Shown piece after piece: positions 59,441 through 64,000 of a DNA stretch of 64,000 nucleotides. The stretch covers positions 42,594,001 to 42,658,000 of the forward strand of contig NC_091981.1 in assembly GCF_044704955.1 (NCBI RefSeq), given 5' to 3'. The translations under genes were made by a program, and so were the position numbers. Positions within the stretch are counted from its first letter, which is position 1; every line of letters begins with the position of its first letter. This DNA is from Pristiophorus japonicus. Its lineage: Eukaryota. The notes below the pieces were generated by a model, which was not told the DNA's origin, searched no databases, and worked only from the letters and a program-made list of their open reading frames with translations.

Positions 59441-60390
59441 ATGGCAGGGCACCTTGGTCACATAAAATGCACATCTTGTGCCATGTGGGGATTCCAGGAT
59501 GCTTCCCGAGTCCTGGACAACCACATGTGCAGGAAGTGTCATCAACTGGCGGAGCTCAAGTTCCAGATATCGGAGCTTGAGCAGCAGCTAGTGTCACTGT
59601 GGTGCATCCATAAGGCTGAGAGCTACGTGAATAGTATGTTTCAGGAGGTGTCACCGTGCAGCGTAAGAGCGTGCAGACAGAGAGAGAATGGGTGACCATC
59701 AGACAGCCAAGGAGGACCAGGCAGGTAATGCAGGAGCCCCCTGAGTGCATCTCACTCTCCAACCATTATTCAGTACTGAATACTGGTTAGGGCGATTGTT
59801 CCTCTGGGGAGTACAGCCAGAGCCAAGTCCACGGCAACAAGGGTGGATCGGCTGTACAGGGTGGGGGGAGCAGGAAGATCAGTAAAGCAATAGTGATAGG
59901 GAATTCAATAGTTGGGGGAACAGACAGGCCTTTCTGTGGCCACAAACATGATTCCAGGATGGTATGTTGCCTCCCTGGTGCCAGGGTCAAGGATGTCACT
60001 GAGTGGCTATAGAACATTGAGGGGCGAGGGTGAACAGCTATAGGTCGTGGTCCAGATCGGTATCAATAACATCGGTAGAAAGAGGGATTAGGTCCTGCAG
60101 GAAGATTTTAGGGAGCTAGGAAAAATATTAAAAAGCGGAACCTCAAAAGTAGCAATCTACGGATTAATCCCGGTACCATGAGCTAGTGAGCATAGAAATA
60201 GAAGTATAGAGCAGATGAATGCGTGGCTGGAGAGATGGAGCAACAGGGTGGGCTTTAGGACCAGTTCTGGGGGAGATGGGTTGCACCTCAACAGACTAGG
60301 ACCAATGTCCTCGTGGTTGGGGGTGGGGAGGTGGGGGGGGAGGTCAGGGGAAGTTTGGTAGTGCAGTTGGGGAGGATTTAAATTAATTTG
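59441..60390 (+). pseudogene. CR1 ORF1 (CxxC..CxxC zinc finger, coiled coil, SGNH esterase)
   Basis: CTSCAMW...CRKCHQLAELKFQISELEQQL; AIVIGNSIVGGTDRPFCG..DSRMVCCLPGARVKDV; MNAWLERW. Confidence 0.8.
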
Positions 60391-60923
60391 GCAGGGGAAT
60401 GGGCACCAAGTTGCAGCATTAGAAAGGAGAAACAAGGTGCACGCAGGATTGGGACAGACAGATAGCACTAGAGAAAGAAATAGTACAGTATTAGGTGGAG
60501 TCAGACTAAGAGACTAAACGAGATTGCCTAAGATAGGTTTACAGGGCACAAAGTGTGGTAAATAAGGTTGGTGAGCTGTGGGTGCAAATAGACACATGGG
60601 AATATGATGTCGTGGCGATAACGGATACCTGGCTCAAAAAAAGGCAGGATTGGGTACTAAACATTCCTGGATATATGGTGTTTAGGAAAGATAGGAAAGG
60701 AAAGAAATGAGGGGCGGGGGGGGCGGTGACAGAATTGATAAAGGAGAGAATTACAGTGCTGGAGAGAGTGGATGTCTTGGAGGGGTCAAGGTCAGACTTT
60801 ATTTGGTTTGAGTTGAGAAATAATAGCATTACACTGCTAAGTGGGAAATATAAAGAGGAGCAAATTTTCAGGGAAATTACAGAGGTGCAGGAACTATATA
60901 GTAATGATAACTATCCTAATATA

Positions 60924-62026
60924 GGCCCCAAGTTTCAGCCCGCGCCGAAAACGGCACACCTCTGAGCTGGACGCCTGTTCTTCGCGCCTAAAAGTGCGCT
61001 AGAAAAAAACTTCGATATTCTCCGGCTCCTCAGAGCTCGATCTCAGCTTGGCGCGGCGCGCTCTTCACAGCGGGGGGGGGCGGAGCCAAACACTCGCGCC
61101 GATTCTGTAAGTAGTGTGGGGGCGGGTCCAATTTAAATGAGCCAACATGGTGCCGGCAACACTGCGCGTGCGCGTTGGAGCGTGCGCGCACGCGCAGTGT
61201 CAAACAAACATTGGTACGCGACCATTTTTAAAAGTACTCGGCTGCCGTCGAGCCACTGACGCCGCCCCTTAAGCGTGGCCTAATGGCCTCAACCCCCTTG
61301 AAAAGCTGCGTGCCTCCGGTGTTGATCCTTCGGCTGCTAGCCAGCCACTGACGCCGCTCATAACCCATGGCCTAATGGCCTCAACCCCCTTGAAAAGCTG
61401 CGTGCCTCGGGTGTTGATCCTTCGGCTGCCGGCCAGCCACTAACAGAATGAAGGCCTGTCTGCAGCACAGCAGCTCAGCTCGAAGGCTGCTTGCTGCTGC
61501 TGTTGGGGCTGCCGTCGAGACTCTGACGCCACACCCCTGCCTGTCTCCAACATGAAAGGCCTGCCTGAAGCACTTTCACACAGGTAGGAACATGGTTTAT
61601 TTAATCTTTTCTTTGCTTATAAATTTTTATTCAGGTTGGATTTATTTGTATAATATTTGTATAAGTATAACTAAGGATTGATTGTAGAATTTAATGACTT
61701 CCCTCCCCCCCTCCCCCCCAACTCGTTCCCTACGCCTGATTTGTAACCTACGCCTGATTTTCTAAAGTGTAAACAAGGTTTTTTCGAGCGTACAAAAATC
61801 TTCACTTACTCCATTCCAAGTTAGTTTGGAGTAAGTTTTCACTGCCGAAACTTTGAAAACAGGCGTAAGTGGCTGGAAAATAAATAAATTCTGTTCCAAA
61901 GTGAAACTGTTCTAACGGATTAGAACTGGAGCAAACTAAATGCTGAGAATTTGAATTTCTAAGATACTCCGTTCTACACCAGTTGCTCCAAAAAATCAGG
62001 AGCAACTGAGGCCAAAACTTAGGCCC
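60924..62026. mobile_element. Harbinger-type MITE (same family as 57136), copy 2, inverted, inserted in the CR1 endonuclease
   Basis: TIRs GGCCCCAAGTTTC and AAAACTTAGGCCC with flanks ATA/ATC. It splits the CR1 motif NYPNI|DW. Confidence 0.85.
61239..61441. repeat. 92-bp tandem repeat, about 2.2 copies
   Basis: TGGCCTAATGGCCTCAACCCCCTTGAAAAGCTGCGTGCC occurs at 61276 and 61368. Confidence 0.9.
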
Positions 62027-64000
62027 ATCGACTGGGATAATAATAGTGTAAAGGGGAGCGAGGGAGAAGAAATTCTGAAGTGTGTTCAGGACAACTTTCT
62101 TGACTGGTACATTTCTGGCCCAATCAGGAAGGAGGCATTGCTGGATCTGGTTTTGGGGAATGAGATGGGTCAAGTAGAGCAAGTATCAGTAGGGGAACAT
62201 TTCGGGAACAGTGATCACAGTATTATAAGGTTTAGACTAGCTATGCAAAGAGACAGGGAGCAATCTACAGAAAAAATAAATTTAAAGAGGAGATGGTTTG
62301 GTTACAGACGATGTACATTCCCACGAGAGAGAAAGGTAGGGCAACAAAAGCCAGAGCTCCCTGGACGACAAAAGAAATAGAGAGTAAGATGAAGCAGAAA
62401 AAGGGGGCATATGACAGATGTCAGGTAAAGAATACAAGTGAGAACCAGGCTGAATATAGAGAGTTCAGAGGGGAAGTGAGAAAGGAAATAAAAGGGGCAA
62501 AGAGAGAGTATAAGAATAGATTGGCACCTAACATAAAAGAGAATCCAAAAGTCTTCTACAGACATATAAATAGTAAATGGGTAGTAAGAGAAGGGGTTGG
62601 GCCAATAAGGGACCAAAATGGAAATTTACGCATGGAGGCAGAGGGCATGGCAGAGGTATTAGTTGAGTACTTGCATCTGTCTTTACGAAGGAACAAGATA
62701 CTGCCAAACTCATAGTGAAAGAGGAGACAGTTGAGATACTGAATGGGATAAAAATTGATAAAGAGGAGGTACTAGAAAGATTCAAGTAGATAAGTCACCA
62801 GAACTGGATGGGATGCATCTTAGGGTGCTGAGGGAAGTAAAGGTGGAATGGCAGAGATACTGGCCATAATCTTCCAATCCATCTTAAATATGGGGCTGGT
62901 GCCAGAGGACTGGAGAATTGCAAATGTTACACTACTGTTCAAAAAAAGGTGTAAAGATAAACCCAGCAACTACAGGCCAGTCAGTTTCACCTCAGTAGTG
63001 GGGAAGCTTTTAGAAACGGTAATCCGGGACAAACTTAACAGTCATTTGGACAAGTATGGATTAATTAAGGAAAGCCAGCACAGATTTGTTAAAGGCATTT
63101 TATGTTTAACTAACTTGATTGAGCTTTTTGATGAGGTAAGAGAGAGGGTTGATGAGAGCAATGAGTTTGATATGGTGTACATGGACTTCCAAAAGGCATT
63201 TGATAAAGTGCCACATAACATGCCAGCAAAGTTGAAGCCCATAGAATAAAAGGGACAGTGGCAGCACGGTACCAAAATTTGCTAAGTGACAGAAAACAGA
63301 GAGTGGAGAGTAGTGGTGAACAGTTGTTTTTCGGAATGGAGTAAGGTATAGTGGTGTTTCCCAGTGGTTGGTACTAGGACCACTGCTTTTCTTGATATTT
63401 ATTAATGACTCAGACTTGGGTGTACAGGGCACAATTTCAACATTTGCAGATGACCCAAAACTTGGAAGTATATTGAATAGTGAGGAGGATAGTGATAGAC
63501 TTCAAGAGGATATAGACAGGCTGGTGGAATGGGCAGGCACGAGGCAATTTAACACAGAAAAGTGCGAAGTGAGACATTTTGATAGGAAGAACGAGGAGAG
63601 GCAATATAAACAAAAGCATACAATTCTAAAGGGGGTGCATGAACAGAGAGACTGGGGTATATGTGCACAAATCGTCAAAAGTGGCAGGGCAGGTTAATAA
63701 AATGGTTAAAAAAAGAATACGGGATCCTGGGCTTTATAAATAAGAGTACAAAAGCAAGGAAGTTATGATGAACCTTTTAAAAACACTGGTTCGGCCTCGA
63801 GTATTATGTCCAATTCTGGGCACTGCACTTTAGGAAGGATGTGAAGGCCTTAGAGAGGGTGCAGAAAAGATTTACAGAATGGTTCCAGGGATGAGGGACT
63901 TCAGTTACATGGATAGATTGGGAGAAGATGGGGTTGTTCTTCTTGGAGCAGAGAAGGTTGAAAGGAGATTTGATAGAGGTGTTCAAAATCATAAGGGGTC

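Larger units (their letters stand above)
59095..64000 (+). mobile_element. Near full-length decayed CR1 LINE (5' UTR, ORF1, ORF2); continues beyond the window end
   Basis: ORF1 Zn-finger and esterase remnants. ORF2 VAITDTW, LLDLVL..SDH, WRIANVTLLFKK, YMDFQKAFDKVPH and FADD, with many stops and frameshifts. The 5' boundary is approximate. Confidence 0.88.

Overview
This is vertebrate nuclear DNA dominated by repeats. The repeat families (HER1/CR1-type LINEs, Deu-domain tRNA SINEs of the SacSINE1 type, L2 tails, Mag-like Gypsy elements) point to a cartilaginous fish (shark or ray), but the species cannot be determined from the sequence alone. I recognise no host protein-coding gene, rRNA, functional tRNA or CRISPR array. 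The window is a stack of nested mobile elements: many CR1 LINE copies, one of which keeps an uninterrupted 838-aa ORF2; two Gypsy LTR retrotransposon copies, one full length with both LTRs and an ATGGC target-site duplication (TSD); two full-length but decayed two-gene Harbinger/PIF DNA transposons (spliced Myb/SANT gene plus convergent HARBI1-like transposase) and older relics; several non-autonomous Harbinger-type MITEs; a TA-flanked Tc1/mariner-type MITE carrying a 29-bp variant minisatellite; a Tx1-like LINE tail with a 13-bp TSD; and Penelope-like fragments, one with a minimal hammerhead ribozyme. The most unusual patterns are MITEs with conserved arms but different central tandem-repeat cargo, a conserved CpG-rich hairpin in those MITEs, the hammerhead motif, and GGGCG(T/A)TA subterminal motif arrays in the Harbingers. 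I found no clear evidence of a wholly new biological system. All coordinates were read by eye and family names come from motif recognition, not from database searches.
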